A stretch of DNA of 64,000 nt, taken from NCBI RefSeq assembly GCF_006345805.1, contig NC_043001.1:21018001-21082000 (forward strand), read 5' to 3'. Source of the stretch: Octopus sinensis (taxonomy: Eukaryota). Positions 1-13,027 of this stretch are shown in pieces; within the stretch, counting starts at the first letter, position 1; the number at the start of each line of letters is the position of its first letter. A program made the position numbers and the translations under genes. The notes below the pieces were generated by a model. That model was not told the DNA's origin, did not search any database, and was given only the letters and a program-made list of their open reading frames with translations.

Positions 1-279
1 ACATACGCACACACATATACATATATATACATGTACATATGTATATATATATGTACATACATATGTGTTTTAGATATACATATATATATATAATATATAT
101 ATATATATACACACATGTACATAAATATATATATATATACATACACACATACATATATGTGTATTATATATATACATATATATACACACATGTATATTAT
201 ATATATACATATATATACACACATGTGTATTATATATATACATGTACATATATATATATATACATATATATACATGTAC

Positions 280-311
<32 letters not shown>

Positions 312-630
312 GTACATAAATATATATATATATACATACACACATACATATATGTGTATTATATATATACATATATATACACACATGTATATTATATATA
401 TACGTATATATACACACATGTGTATTATATATATACATGTACATATATATATACATATATATACATGTATATATATATATATGTACATATATATGTACAC
501 ACACATATATATATATATAGGGAAAGTTTACACATATATATTATATATATATACATATATACATGTACATATGTATAGATAGATAGATAGATGTATATAT
601 TATATATGTGTGTGTGTATATATATATGTA
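1..630. repeat. Compound TA/CA/CATG low-complexity array with a ~195-bp internal duplication
   Basis: acacatgtacataaat starts at 111 and again at 306, and the flanking text repeats in register. Confidence 0.9.
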
Positions 631-775
631 TACACACACCAGAAAAGATAGACACCCTCACTCCGGTTAAATCACAAGCTAATTTTCAGTGTATCCAACC
701 AGAAACATTCCTTCATGTAACCACAGTATCACAAACACACAAGCAAAGAAGCAAAGATAGGAATTATCACACACA

Positions 776-818
<43 letters not shown>

Positions 819-1034
819 TGCACGCACAGAGGCACACATACAAACCAGATAGACACACCAGTTTCCTTTGGATGGTGAAGGATATAAACCTATATCTAAA
901 TAACCCCTCTTCGACATTTCTCTCAAAGCCAAACCCAAACATTATGAGTGGTTGAGGTCGTGATTATCTTCAGTTAGAAATGGTAGAACTTCGCTTACTC
1001 AACATGTCCAGTTTCCTATGATGAGACAAAAACC

Positions 1035-1698
1035 AAAAAAAAAAAAAATAAAATAACAAAGCACAGAAAAGTATTTTTTGTATACTTTCTGCTATTTTTT
1101 TTAGGCGTCCTATTAGATGTAAAAAGTCACTAAGTAAGAAAGAAAAAAGAATTAGAAAGTAAAGGAAAAAGGAAAATCTTAATTGTTTCTCACAGGCGTG
1201 GCTGTGTGGTTAAGAGACTTGCTTTGCTAAACATGTGGTTTTGGGTTCAGCCCCACAACACACCACCTTGGGTAAGTGTTTTCTGTTATAGCCTCAGGCC
1301 AACCAATTCTACGTGGAGGCCCATTGCATATACATTCAATAGAATAAGTACCCAGCTTAACAAAAAAAAAATAAAATAACAAAGCACAGAAAAGTATTTT
1401 TTGTATACTTTCTGCTATTTTTTTTAGGCGTCCTATTAGATGTAAAAAGTCACTAAGTAAGAAAGAAAAAAGAATTAGAAAGTAAAGGAAAAAGGAAAAT
1501 CTTAATTGTTTCTCACAGGCGTGGCTGTGTGGTTAAGAGACTTGCTTTGCTAAACATGTGGTTTTGGGTTCAGCCCCACAACACACCACCTTGGCTAAGT
1601 GTTTTCTGTTATAGCCTCAGGCCAACCAATTCTACGTGGAGGCCCATTGCATATACATTCAATAGAATAAGTACCCAGCTTAACAAAAAAAAAATAAA
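1035..1698 (+). repeat. Near-perfect 323-bp tandem duplication containing a SINE-A remnant
   Basis: gcacagaaaa at 1061 and 1384; cccagct at 1351 and 1674. One substitution seen (ttgggtaag vs ttggctaag). Confidence 0.92.
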
Positions 1699-2019
1699 TA
1701 CTGGAGATGATTTATTCAATTAAGCCCTTGAAACAAGTAAAAGGTAAGGGGTAATACAGACCAGGGTGAAGGCTTTTAAGCTAGCTTCTGTAGAGGTCTC
1801 TTTATTGGGCCTTGGGCCCAACAATGAATGATACTTCATGCAGTGAGTACATATTAAATTTTATTAAACTTAACCAATATTTTTCAAGCAATGAACAATT
1901 TTCATCAAAACAATGATAAATGTCGACTTTGGAACTAATTGCAAAGCTGCATGATAAACAACATTTTTTTGTCTTCCCATTCAGGGTTAGTACAATGTTT
2001 TTTCCTGTCTAACCCCCTT

Positions 2020-2050
<31 letters not shown>

Positions 2051-2843
2051 CTGTTGGTTGTTTTCAACCATCACCATCACCAGTACCACTACCATCGCCA
2101 CCACAACTGCCATACACACACCATTCAGACTTCCGATGCCACCACCATCAACACCTTTGACTTGGCTGCCTTCCCCTCCACCAACATCACCACTGTCTAT
2201 CACATCCCTTACTATCCCTGCCATGCTTGACCACATCAGCTACCACCACCACCACCATCATCACCATCACCTCTGCCTCTATCACAACTACTATTACTAT
2301 CACCCCAGCAAGAGGAGTAGAAGTGTCATTGAATAATGAAAGAGGAAGGGGTCAAAGTGTGACACACTGACACACAGAAATTTGTTTTGGCATTTATCAT
2401 TATAGATATATTAGCGAGAAGGATATTATAACTTAGACATGGATGTTCTAATGGAACAAACTATACAGCAGTAGATACAATGAGAGAAACCCTCATACTG
2501 TCTTTTGATGCAAAATGCACTCTTATTTATATTGCTAGGAGAGAGATAAATACCTGCTACCTCCAGCACCAAGATCACCAGACCATGTGATTTAGACCTT
2601 GTCTGGTCTTGACTTCTCTCATGGTATCTACTGCAATATAGTTTGTTCCAACAGAACATCCACATTTAAGTGGGGTTAAATATTACCTCTTTATTTTATC
2701 AATCCAGGAAGGATGAAAGGCAAAGTTAACTAGAGCTGGAGTTGGACCTAGAATGTAAAGAAGTTGAATACCACAAGACATTTTGTCCAATGTCCTAATG
2801 ATTCAGCCAACCCTGTGCATTCATTGTTTCTAAATATGCACAA

Positions 2844-3427
2844 AGCTTGTTTGCTTACAAACCACATGGTTCTGGGTTCAGCCCCACTGCATGGCCCCTT
2901 GGGCAAGTGTCTTCTACTATAGCCTCGGGCTGACCAAAGCCTTGTAAGTGGATTTGGTAGATGGAAACTGAAAGTAGCCCGTTGTATATATGTGTATGTA
3001 TATATATATATATATATACACACACATGCCAACCCCCTTTGCTTGCAAAGACATGTTGGGGCAAGCGAAATCGAAATCGAATTGAACCAGCCAGGATCCC
3101 TGGTCTGGTGGTACGTAAAAAGCACTATCCGACTCGTGGCCGATGCCAGCACCGCCTCGACTGGCTTCCATGCCGGTGGAACATAAAATACACCAATCCG
3201 ACCGTGGCCGTTGCCAGCCTCGCCTGGCACCTGTGCAGGTGGCACGTACAAAGCACCCACTACACTCACGGAGTGGTTGGCGTTAGGAAGGGCATCCAGC
3301 TGTAGAAACATTGCCAGATAAGACTGGAGCCTGGTGCAGCCTTCTGGCTTCCCAGATCCCCGGTTGAACCGTCCAACCCATGCTAGCATGGAGAACGGAC
3401 GTTAAACGATGATGATGATGATGATGA

Positions 3428-3462
<35 letters not shown>

Positions 3463-3677
3463 ATATGTTTGTGTGTCTGTGTTTATCCCCCCAACATCGC
3501 TTGACAACTGATGCTGGTGTGTTTACGTCTCCGTAACTTAGCAGTTCGGCATAAGAGACCAATAGAATAAGTACTAGACTTACAAAGAATAAGTCCTGGG
3601 GTTGATTTGCTTGACTAAAGGCGATGCTCCAGCATGGGCACAGTCAACTGACTGAAACAAGTAAGAGTAAGAGTAAA
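2844..3677 (+). mobile_element. SINE-A split in its central microsatellite by a long element B (about 3028-3427)
   Basis: SINE-A head (accacatggttctgggttcag...ttgggcaagtgtc) to about 3027, then B ending in (GAT)n, then SINE-A 3' half ending ctgaaacaagtaagag. Confidence 0.85.
3028..3427 (+). mobile_element. Element B, long form (RTE-type 3' tail, internal ggtggcacgtaaaaagcac-like repeats)
   Basis: Ends ggcgttaggaagggcatccagctgtagaaac...ccatgctagcatggagaacggacgttaaac(gat)n. Confidence 0.85.
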
Positions 3678-3879
3678 GCCTGAAATTTTAGAAAAGGTGG
3701 GGATTAAATTAACTACAAAAGAAAAGCAAAATTAACTCTGGCAGGATCTGAACTCAAAATGCAAAGAGCAGGAATAAATGGGGCAAGAAATTTTGTCCAA
3801 CACTCTAACAATTCTACTGCTCTTGTAGTAGTAATAATAATAACAATTACTAAAATCAGAACAATTGGACCCTTCACCC

Positions 3880-4600
3880 AATTTCCTTCCTCCTTAAGAC
3901 ACCCCCCACTCTCTAACCACCCCTCACCTCTCTAACTGCAGGCTCTTCCTTGATACCATTTACTTTTCTTACTACCCAGGAACCATTTCACTTGTTACCC
4001 ATCCTTCATTCATTAATACTGTTCTATCCACCCACACTTTCATCAACACCCCCCCCACCACTGAGCCAACAAATTATTTCTCCTCCTCCTCCACCCCACC
4101 ACCACCACCATATGTCTTTCACTTTTCTCATGCACTGCACCTGCCTCTTCTCCCTCCCACTCCTGCATCCTACCTCCTCACAGCAGCATGTTATCTCTCT
4201 CTCTTGTCTTTTCCTGTCTACTGTATCTTATTCTGCTGCTTTGCACTGTCAGTCATCTCTTACTCTCCCCCACACCCTTAACTCATGTATCATTGGTCAT
4301 CTACCATTCACTACATCAGCCCTTTGAACCTATCCAATCTTCACAGTTGTTACCTACCTCTCCTCACCTATCCCCATCTCTTACTCTTCCAGTCACAAAC
4401 TCACCCACACTCCTGGGTTCCACCCACTCCTATCCACCTCATATTTTGAAACTTTACTTAGATACCTCATCGCCACTATTTTTATTGCTTTCCAGCTCCA
4501 CCAGGTCACACCCGGATCTTCTAAAACATGAGTAGTCTTATAAGCTCCTTTACAGCACGAAACCTATTCTGCTCTGGACTTTTCTCTCATATGTTTACCT
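3880..4600. repeat. Degenerate pyrimidine-rich interspersed repeat, class uncertain (possibly retroelement-derived)
   Basis: gatacctcatcgccactattt near 4460 matches the reverse complement of sequence near 58305-58325 (gacacctcatcaccactattt). Confidence 0.4.
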
Positions 4601-5382
4601 TGGAGATGGAGCATTTCCAAGCATAAATCTGCTGTCATGAAGTTAGTAGCCTTGCAAGCTGCATAGTAACTTCCCTAGAGCTGATACCATGAAAAAGCAC
4701 ATAAGTACATGCTGTAAAGTGATTGGTGTTAGCTAGGGAGAGCATCTAGCCATAGAAACCCTACCAGAGTAGACAATGAAACATAATGCAGTCCTTAGAT
4801 GCATCATATCTTGTCAACCTATCCAACCCTTGGTAGCAACAAACATAGGCTTAATGATGATGATGAGGAGGAGGAGGAAGAGGAAGAAGAACATTCAGTT
4901 ATGTCAATCCCAATTCTTAGACTAGAACTTCTTTTCTCTGCTCCAGTAGGATTTGAACTTAGGATGTAAAAGGGACATGACTAAATATTATAAAGCATTT
5001 AATCTATCATTCAAGGGAGCCCGTCATCCATTGCCATAATGATAATATAGAAATTACTCCTTTTTTTTTTATTTGCCACAAGAACAATGGATGAAAGGGG
5101 CATGAGGAGGAGGAGGATGGTGATGATGATGATGATGATGATGAGGAGGAGGAGGAGGAGGAGGACAATAACACAGTCTTTGGAAGAGTGAAAAATATTT
5201 ATTTCATTCCCTGCAAAAAACTTTCTTGATTTCTGATTTCTATTTCAGAGAATATTGAAATGGCTTTGGCATGAATTTTTTAAATGGTTGCAAAAGAGAA
5301 GAACTGGTTTGTTCTTTTTTAGTTTACAAAATATCATTTAGGCATGAGAGAGAAAGAGAGAGAGAGACACTGACCAATGGTG

Positions 5383-5413
<31 letters not shown>

Positions 5414-6436
5414 TGTGTGTGTGTGTGGTGTGTGTGTGTGTGTGGCAAGAATTTTTGAGCATATTAAATCCATAATTAAGTCTTCCTTATCTTTTGGATG
5501 ATCTCTCCAAAACAAAAACAATAAAAAAGCTGTTGGAGAAAATTAAATTTATCAAACTCTTGTAGGAACTCACATATAGACCAATCCTTGCTGCCACAAA
5601 CTATTGTCACTCTCTTCAGATTCCAGATTTTACTTACTCTAACAGAAGAGCGGGTGAGCAATTATTGACATTGCTTCATCAGACTGACAACAATCTTTTC
5701 AACACATATTCATATTACTTACTTGTAACTCTTGCAAACAACGTTTAGTATCTCTAATTCTCTCACATCCTCTCTGTTAACAGAAGTCTGAATCTTAAGA
5801 ATATATTACATATCAAATTAATTTAATTTGAGACATAGAACTTACAACCACGTGCCAAGCTTCCAGAAGGCAATTGTTTTCCTTTACTCATACAGAGATT
5901 TACAATGGATAAGATATCAAGATTAAAATGTAAAGGAAAAGGTTATATTATCAATTAACCTAGTTCATAATCACTGCAAGTAGCAGAGTTGTTACAACAT
6001 AATGATAATTAAACCTCTTTCACCAAGAAGAAAAGAGATTAGGCTTTGTTTCAAGATGAGAGCTAGACACAATGCTGTTATCACTGCTATGATGCTATAT
6101 GAGAAGTAGGTTGAGATTTAAACAGATTGGATTTGGATACAAGAGGTGCATTTTAAAATTAGTGCTTCCTACGCCCTCTCACAATTTATCTATATAAAAC
6201 ACACACACACATTTAAACTGCGCAGCAGTGGCTGTATGGTTAAGAAGTTCACTGTGCAACCATGTGGATCCAAGTTTGATTCCACTGCAACATATCATGT
6301 GTATATGTCTACGACGGTAGGATGGTGTCACGAAGAAATCCAAAGAGCCAGTTTTTTTAGGATGTGATAGAGCAATAACAGTAATTAATGAATATTTAAA
6401 AATGCATCCTTATTTAATTGTCAGAAAATTAATTCT

Positions 6437-6844
6437 AAGGTGGCAAGCTGGCAGAAACGTTAGCACGCCGGGCGAAATGCTTAGCGGTATTTCATCTGCC
6501 GCTACATTCTGAGTTCAAATTCCACCGAGGTCGACTTTGCCTTTCATCCTTTCGGGGTCGATTAAATAAGTACCAGTTACGCACTGGGGTCTATATAATC
6601 AACTTAATCCGTTTGTCTGTCCTTGTTTGTCCCCTTGTGGGTGGTAAAGAAATAGGTATTTTGTCTGCCACTACATTCTGAGTTCAAATTCCACCGAGGT
6701 CGACTTTGCCTTTCATCTTTTCAGGGTCGATTAAATAAGTACCAGTAACGCACTGGAGTCTATATAATTGACTTAATCCGTTTGTCTGTCCTTGTTTGTC
6801 CCCTCTATGTTTAGCCCCTTGTGGGTAGTAAAAGAAATAAGAAA
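6437..6844 (+). mobile_element. SINE-C head-to-tail dimer (second unit 5'-truncated, period 169 bp)
   Basis: tRNA-like head aaggtggcaagctggcagaaacgttag...gagttcaaattcc. Core gactttgcctttcatcctttcggggtcgat occurs twice. Junction at ggtattt (6486 and 6655). Confidence 0.88.
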
Positions 6845-7270
6845 CTCAATTTCTTGTTTTAGGATATTGCAGGTTGAGACAATTGGCATTTCTCATTAGC
6901 AAACATTTTCTATATATTCTGACAGAAAATAAAATGAGAGAATGACAGCTAGAAGGTTTATAAGCTTTAAAAAAAAAGGAGGGGGGGGGGGTTAACCTGT
7001 CAGAAGAGTAAATCACTGAAGTAATTGTCAAATTTAGTATAAGGTACAAATGTGTGGGATGAAGATTTACTAAGCAACCTGAAATTGATATGGCTGGAGT
7101 GGGAGGGGAACACAGACACAACAGCAATGCTTAAAGAGAATTGGAAACTTTAGAAAGTCTGGGATACCTGAACATACAAATCTTGATAATTAATTGCAGT
7201 TGTTCAAACCAATGGAGAAGAAGCATAGTAAAACTGAGAAACTGAGACAGGAAGATGTCACAAGTTAGAT

Positions 7271-7911
7271 TAGTGGTTCTCAGCCGGGGTCCATATCAGA
7301 TTTTGTTGTTAAAATTTATCTGCAATAAATTTATTATACTTCTACAATGTACAAAATATTTTAGCAATTTAATTTATACAATTTCTAATGATATTTGGTT
7401 ACTCTTTACTCTCTCTCTTTTACTTGTTTCAGTCATTGGACTGCGGCCATGCTGGGGCACCACCTTTAATCGAGCAAATCGACCCCGGGACATATTCTTT
7501 TGTAAGCCCAGTACTTATTCTATCGGTCTCTTTTGCCGAACTGCTAAGTAACGGGGACATAAACACACCAGCATCGGTTGTCAAGCAATGCTAGGGGGAC
7601 AATCACAGACACACACACGCATATATATATATATACATATATACAGCGGGCTTCTTTCAGTTTCCGTCTACCAAATCCACTCACAAGGGTTTGGTCAGCC
7701 CAAGGCTATAGTAGAAGATACTTGCCCAAGGTGCGACGCAGTGGGACTGAACCTGGAACCATGTGGTTGGTAAACAAGCTACTTACCACACAGCCACTCC
7801 TGCACTTATATGATTATAATCAGGTTTTTAAGCATCAAATGGCTACGAGGGTCCATCTGAGTAAAATTGGAATCAAAAGAGTCCATAAGAAAAAATGGCT
7901 AAGAAACAGTG
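7271..7911. mobile_element. hAT (Charlie-like) MITE carrying a full SINE-A (7401-7805, minus strand)
   Basis: Ends tagtggttctcagcc...ggctaagaaacagtg. Both arms are homologous to the 57618-58227 copy. Confidence 0.75.
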
Positions 7912-8142
7912 GGCTACATGGTGCTTAGACCAGTCTAGATTAATCATTTAAAATATGTTAAGGGCACCAAATAAAGGGGTCACCAAAGTGTTTAAGTTCC
8001 AGATTTCTCATGCAGTAATTTTAGAAAATGAATTAAAAGTGTTGAAGATTTGTATGATTTTACTTCCCTGAATATAAGTAGATAATTTGTTTATATAACT
8101 TACTGTTATTTTGTATTAAATTATTAAACATGTTATATTTAA

Positions 8143-8361
8143 CCCTTTAGTATTCAGATTATTCTATCAAACATAATGCTTATTGATTCCCATTGATTTG
8201 AATTAATCATGCATTATCTCATATCTTCAAGATCTTGATGGTGTAATTACTTAATGTAGAATAACATTGTAGGGTAGGTGTGAGAGCCTGGATCTGGTCA
8301 GTTTGAACATAAAACAGATTAACTATTTTGGCCAGATATGGCCGGTTTAAATACTAAAGGG
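8143..8361 (-). mobile_element. piggyBac-type MITE family E
   Basis: TTAA|CCCTTTAG...CTAAAGGG|TTAA, 219 bp. Confidence 0.88.
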
Positions 8362-9105
8362 TTAATAATATAACTGTAAGGCCTGGCTTGAAAGATGGCC
8401 TGGAATTTTTAATGTATTACTTCACATTCAACAATTAATACATTGTCAGACAATGGAAGAGTGAGAGAGAGAGAGAGCAGCAGATTGGGTTGTGCTTGAG
8501 GCATTCAGCTGGCTCTCAATCCACTCTGTGTTCACAGATCTTGAGAAAGCCAGAGAAAATGAATAGAAAACTGCTGTAATGTTCACAGTTTACAAACTAT
8601 TAGTTTGTCTGCTATAAGGAAGAAGAGAGATCTGACACCAGAGCTCTTCTTACTCTTCCTCATACCAAACTAATTTCTCTCTTTGTAAACTGTTTCCATT
8701 TATTTATTAGCTGATGTAAATCAGCAATAGTTTCGCAGAATCTGCTGTTTCACTTCAATGTAACATAAGACTGAAAGCCCATTTTATAAAGCATGGTGAT
8801 AAGTTATGTAATGTCAGATACAGAATTGATACAAAAGTGATTAAAACTGATATCAGACATTTTAACGACCAATTTAAGATGATTTAAGATGCAACATTGA
8901 GCAAAAAGCTCACTAACAGAACATGATCCATGTATACATTGCATGCCAGGTGACTACAGGAATAATTCCATTGCAGAGCATCAAGAGTTGCTCTTTTATT
9001 CTCTGTCTCAGACTGATGTTTATAATGTCAAATCTTAACAATCAATTTGTGATGAAATTTCTTTAAAACCCAATTTGAATATTTTTATCTTCTCTTATAT
9101 CATAA

Positions 9106-9476
9106 CTAGCAGTATTGCCCGGCATTGCTTGGGTTTGTTTTCTTTTCGACCCTTTAGAATTAGAATTTTTGAAAAGTAAAAATTTTGCATTATGTAGCTT
9201 GTTATTCTCTTTAAGTGAACATTTTTCTGGTTGAAATACATTGAAAAATGGCGACACAGCAGTCAAAAAATCGTAAAAAATAGGGATTTTCATAGAAAAA
9301 AAGCACCTTTTTGATGTAAATAATTTTAACATGGTCCGATTTGAATTTTTTCTTCTACGGAATGATGAGCAAGTCTTCCTTCTTCTATCATACTCTCAGG
9401 GTCTCGGAGGAGATAGTGTTAGTTGAAGGCTACCAAACCTGCCACACACAGACAACTTCAGCTTTATATATATAGA
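9106..9476 (-). mobile_element. Non-autonomous Helitron, family F
   Basis: On the minus strand: A|TCTATATATATAAAGC ... GC-rich hairpin ... CTAG|T. Homologous to 12639-13027. Confidence 0.85.
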
Positions 9477-9949
9477 TTGCATGCTTTATGTGAATATTAA
9501 AAAAAAATACTTGACTGGTGGTTAAGATTTGAACTCAAAAATATGGCTAACAGTGCAACAATATTTGCAGGAAATTTGCAGGTCTTGATGTTTCATGATG
9601 CCAAAGAATGTTTTATTTGAATGGAAATTATTTACCTGTTATAACCAACTTAAAACATATACATGCTAAAAATCTCTAGCTTGAAACATAAGAAAAAACT
9701 ACAGATTATCCTAGAGCCTTTAATAATAGCTCTGTTTTCAGTAACTTGCCTAGTTGAGAAAAAAACCCCTATACAATGCAAACTTCTGTTGTTACAATTT
9801 AAGGCTTTACCAACTACAGACAAAAAACAATCTCTAAGGAGATAGGTTCACAGGAAATGGGGGGAATGAAGAGCAAAGTTTTGACTTCTATAATACACTC
9901 TTTGTATATAATATATAAAATGTTCTTTTTTTTTTTTTGAAAATAATTA

Positions 9950-10250
9950 TGAGAAATGATTACTTCATAACACTGGCAACTTGATTTTTAATCTTCAAGT
10001 AGATTATGAGTGCAATTTGCATGTTTTTTTTTTTACTCAATATGTTTATTATAATCTTTCGTTTTGGGATTTGGTTTGCAAGATTCTTTATGAGTTCGTG
10101 TGTTGAAGCATATTCTGTTGTCTGGGGAGAGTCATTTTCTTTTTGTGCCTTATAATATAACACACTCACTGGTAAAATTTCCACTTTTTTCTTATTTTTA
10201 TTTTCCTAAAATTTTCATTGCGTCTTGCAACCTTTTCAATCTATTATTAT
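9950..10250. repeat. Unclassified interspersed repeat
   Basis: Reverse complement of about 10060-10120 (ttcaacacacgaactcataaagaatcttgcaaaccaaat) resembles about 50605-50650. Confidence 0.5.
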
Positions 10251-10254
10251 AATC

Positions 10255-10450
10255 ATCATCATTTTTATGTCCATTTCCCATGATAGCATGGAATGGACAG
10301 ATTGTTATATTCCGAGTCAGTTCTTATCCAGAGATCCTACCCACCAAGATGGATCAAGGGATTATGTTTTACTTATACATCACATAAATGGTATGGTTTC
10401 TATGGGTGAATCTTTTTCTTAACACCAATATACTAGGTGCATTTTATCAT
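10255..10450 (-). mobile_element. Degenerate element B
   Basis: (CAT)n tail followed by tttatgtccatttcccatgatagcatgg. Confidence 0.6.
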
Positions 10451-11549
10451 GACACCCACAACCAAAGCAGTTGTTATGCCCCCAGCCAGATCATAGGGTC
10501 ACTTGAACCTACCTTGTCCCTACTCATCTGCCATCCACTTTACAAAGTGCACTGGATAGATTTTATTGGGAGACCTACACTATGGCCTTGTGCCTCTGAA
10601 AGTTAAAGTGTCCTCAGTGGTCTAACTGCATTTCTGCACATTTAAGGCAAAATGCCCAACAGAGCAAACAGAAGAAAGAGAGAGTGAAGGAGAGAAGAAC
10701 CAGGTTGAACTGGTGAAGAGAACAGGGTTGTTAATGGAAAAGTAGTAGGAAGGAGTATGAGAGGAGATAGTAATGGTAAGGAGAAATGGAAGAGACACAG
10801 TGGTGGAAGCTACATGTTTGTTAGTAAAGAGGAGAGATCGAATAATGATAGTAGTTGAGAATGACAGGATAATAATAAGTGGTTGGAGGATGGGGAGGAG
10901 GAGTAAAGTGATGGCTGGAGGCACAGCAAGGATAATGGAAGGGTGTATTGGGTACTAACTAAGTGTACATGTATTTCTAGATGTTCATGTATAAATATGT
11001 GCCTATCTATACACCTGTAATTACACACATGCACACACACACACACAAATGGAGTGGAGTGAATGATGTGATTGTGGCATACTGAATGTACAAGATATGC
11101 TGGACCAGACATGTGGTGAGACTCTCAGATAACTAGTGGACCCATGCAGTTGTCAAATAATATCCAAAGAGATCAGAGGAGGTCGCTCAGACAAGTTCCA
11201 AGATTATGAGAAGATGACACAGCCAAATGGAAGTGAAGGGCTTGGTTAAGGGGAAAAACTGAAGTGCATTGTGACCAAAAATCTATACAAACAGCATATA
11301 AAAAATTTTTTACATATATATATATACAAATACAAATATACATACACACACACGTGTGTGCATGTGTATTCACACATACACATACATAATGCATGCAACA
11401 GATACATCATTTCATCAATAATGATATACATGTTTATATATATAGACATGTATATACACACACTCAGATAAGACATACATTACTGATGGTAACATTACAA
11501 AATTGGGACTTTGGTAATAAGCATGGAGAACAAAACAACAAACTTACAA

Positions 11550-11948
11550 AGGCATGACTGTGTGGTAAGAAATTTGCTTCCCAACCACATGGTTCCAGGT
11601 TCAGTCCCACTACATGACACCTTGGGCAAGTGCCTTCTACTATAGCCTCAGGCTGAATGAAGCCCATCATGTGTGTGTTTGTGTGTGTGTGCTTGTGTGA
11701 GTGTGTACATGTGTGAGTGTGTGTGTGAGTGTGTTTGTCCCCACCACTGCTTGACAATCAATGTTGTTGTGTTTACTTCCCCATAACTTAGCAGCTCAGC
11801 AAGGAGACCAATAAAATAAGTACCAGGCTTCAGAAATAAACAAGTAAATAAATAAGTACTGGAGTCAATTCATTCAACTAAAAAGAAATCCAAAGCAGTG
11901 CCCCAGCATGGCCACAATCAAAGGACTGAAACAAGTAAAAGAGTAAAA
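11550..11948 (+). mobile_element. SINE-A
   Basis: Head with A/B-box-like motifs, ccttgggcaagtg, central (TG)n, tail gactgaaacaagtaaaagag. Confidence 0.85.
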
Positions 11949-12638
11949 GAAAACATGGCATAAGTGCATAATATTTCTGCATAATATTTATTTTTACATC
12001 AAGCAAGGAAGTGAAAAATGAAAGTGACCAAATGACTTCACTACAAACCAGCCTTGCAGCCACTTACATTACAAAAGAGTTGTCATCAACAAGTTGCCTT
12101 CTACTCCTACACAGTTTTGGGTACATTCATAAGTGCAGGTGTGGCTGTTGGGTTTGAGAAGACTGCTTCCCACCCTTTTCAGTCGTAGGTTCAATCTCAA
12201 TGCATGGCACCTTGAGCAAGTGCCTTCTGCTATAGCCCTAGGTTGACCAAAGCTTTGTGAGGGACCTGCTCAACGGAAGCTGAAAGAAGCCCAATGATGT
12301 GTGTGTGTGCCCTTGTCTTGACATGACGTGATGATCATAAATGAGCAGCAGTATCACAAAAGTGGTGCCATTCATTTCCAGTCTTCTGTGAAAACTGTCC
12401 GGCCATTGGAAATATGATGATGATACAACTGACATTGTAAGTCTTTCTCAATCAGGGTACCACAAGAAGTCACAACAGGTTTTGCAAAAAACAGTGATAG
12501 GCTGAATATATTCTAATGCATTTTTAAAACTATGGAACAAGTAAAAAAAAAGAGTAACTAATATTATGTATAGTAAATACTATTTTTGCTGAGTTCAATA
12601 AAAACTAGAAAGTGTGATGATATTGGTCTCAGTAGTTA

Positions 12639-13027
12639 TCTCTCTATATATAAAGCTGAAGTTGTCTGTGTATAGCAGGTTTGGTAGCCTTCAACTAACA
12701 CTATCTCCTCCGAGACCCTGTAGCGCAAGTTGACCAAAATTGAGAGTATGAAAGAAGGCTTGCTCTTCATTCTGTAGAAGATAAAATTCAAATCAGACCA
12801 TGTTAAGACCAAAAATTATTTACATCAAAAAGGTGCTTTTTTTCTATGAAAATCCCTATTTTTTACGATTTTTTTACTGCTGTGTCGCCATTTTTCTGTA
12901 TATTTCAACCAGAAAAATGTTCACTTAAAGAGAATAACAAGCTACATAAAGCAAAATTTTTACTTTTCAAAAATTCCAATTCTAAAGGGTCGAAACAAAC
13001 CCGAGTAACGCCAAGCAATGCTGCTAG
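12639..13027 (+). mobile_element. Non-autonomous Helitron, family F
   Basis: A|TC at 12638/12639, degenerate hairpin at about 13000-13016, CTAG|T at 13024-13028, no TSD. Confidence 0.87.

Noticed and set aside
39-578. Long Y/I/H/T/C/V-rich ORFs here and at 43153-43491, 56520-57298, 58260-58760, 60292-60638, 62260-62583
   Set aside because: They are translations of TA, CA and GATA microsatellites, which lack stop codons in some frames.
10600-10930. Penelope/GIY-YIG identity for the purine/pyrimidine-skewed repeats
   Set aside because: The resemblance is only compositional, and I could not read the diagnostic motifs.
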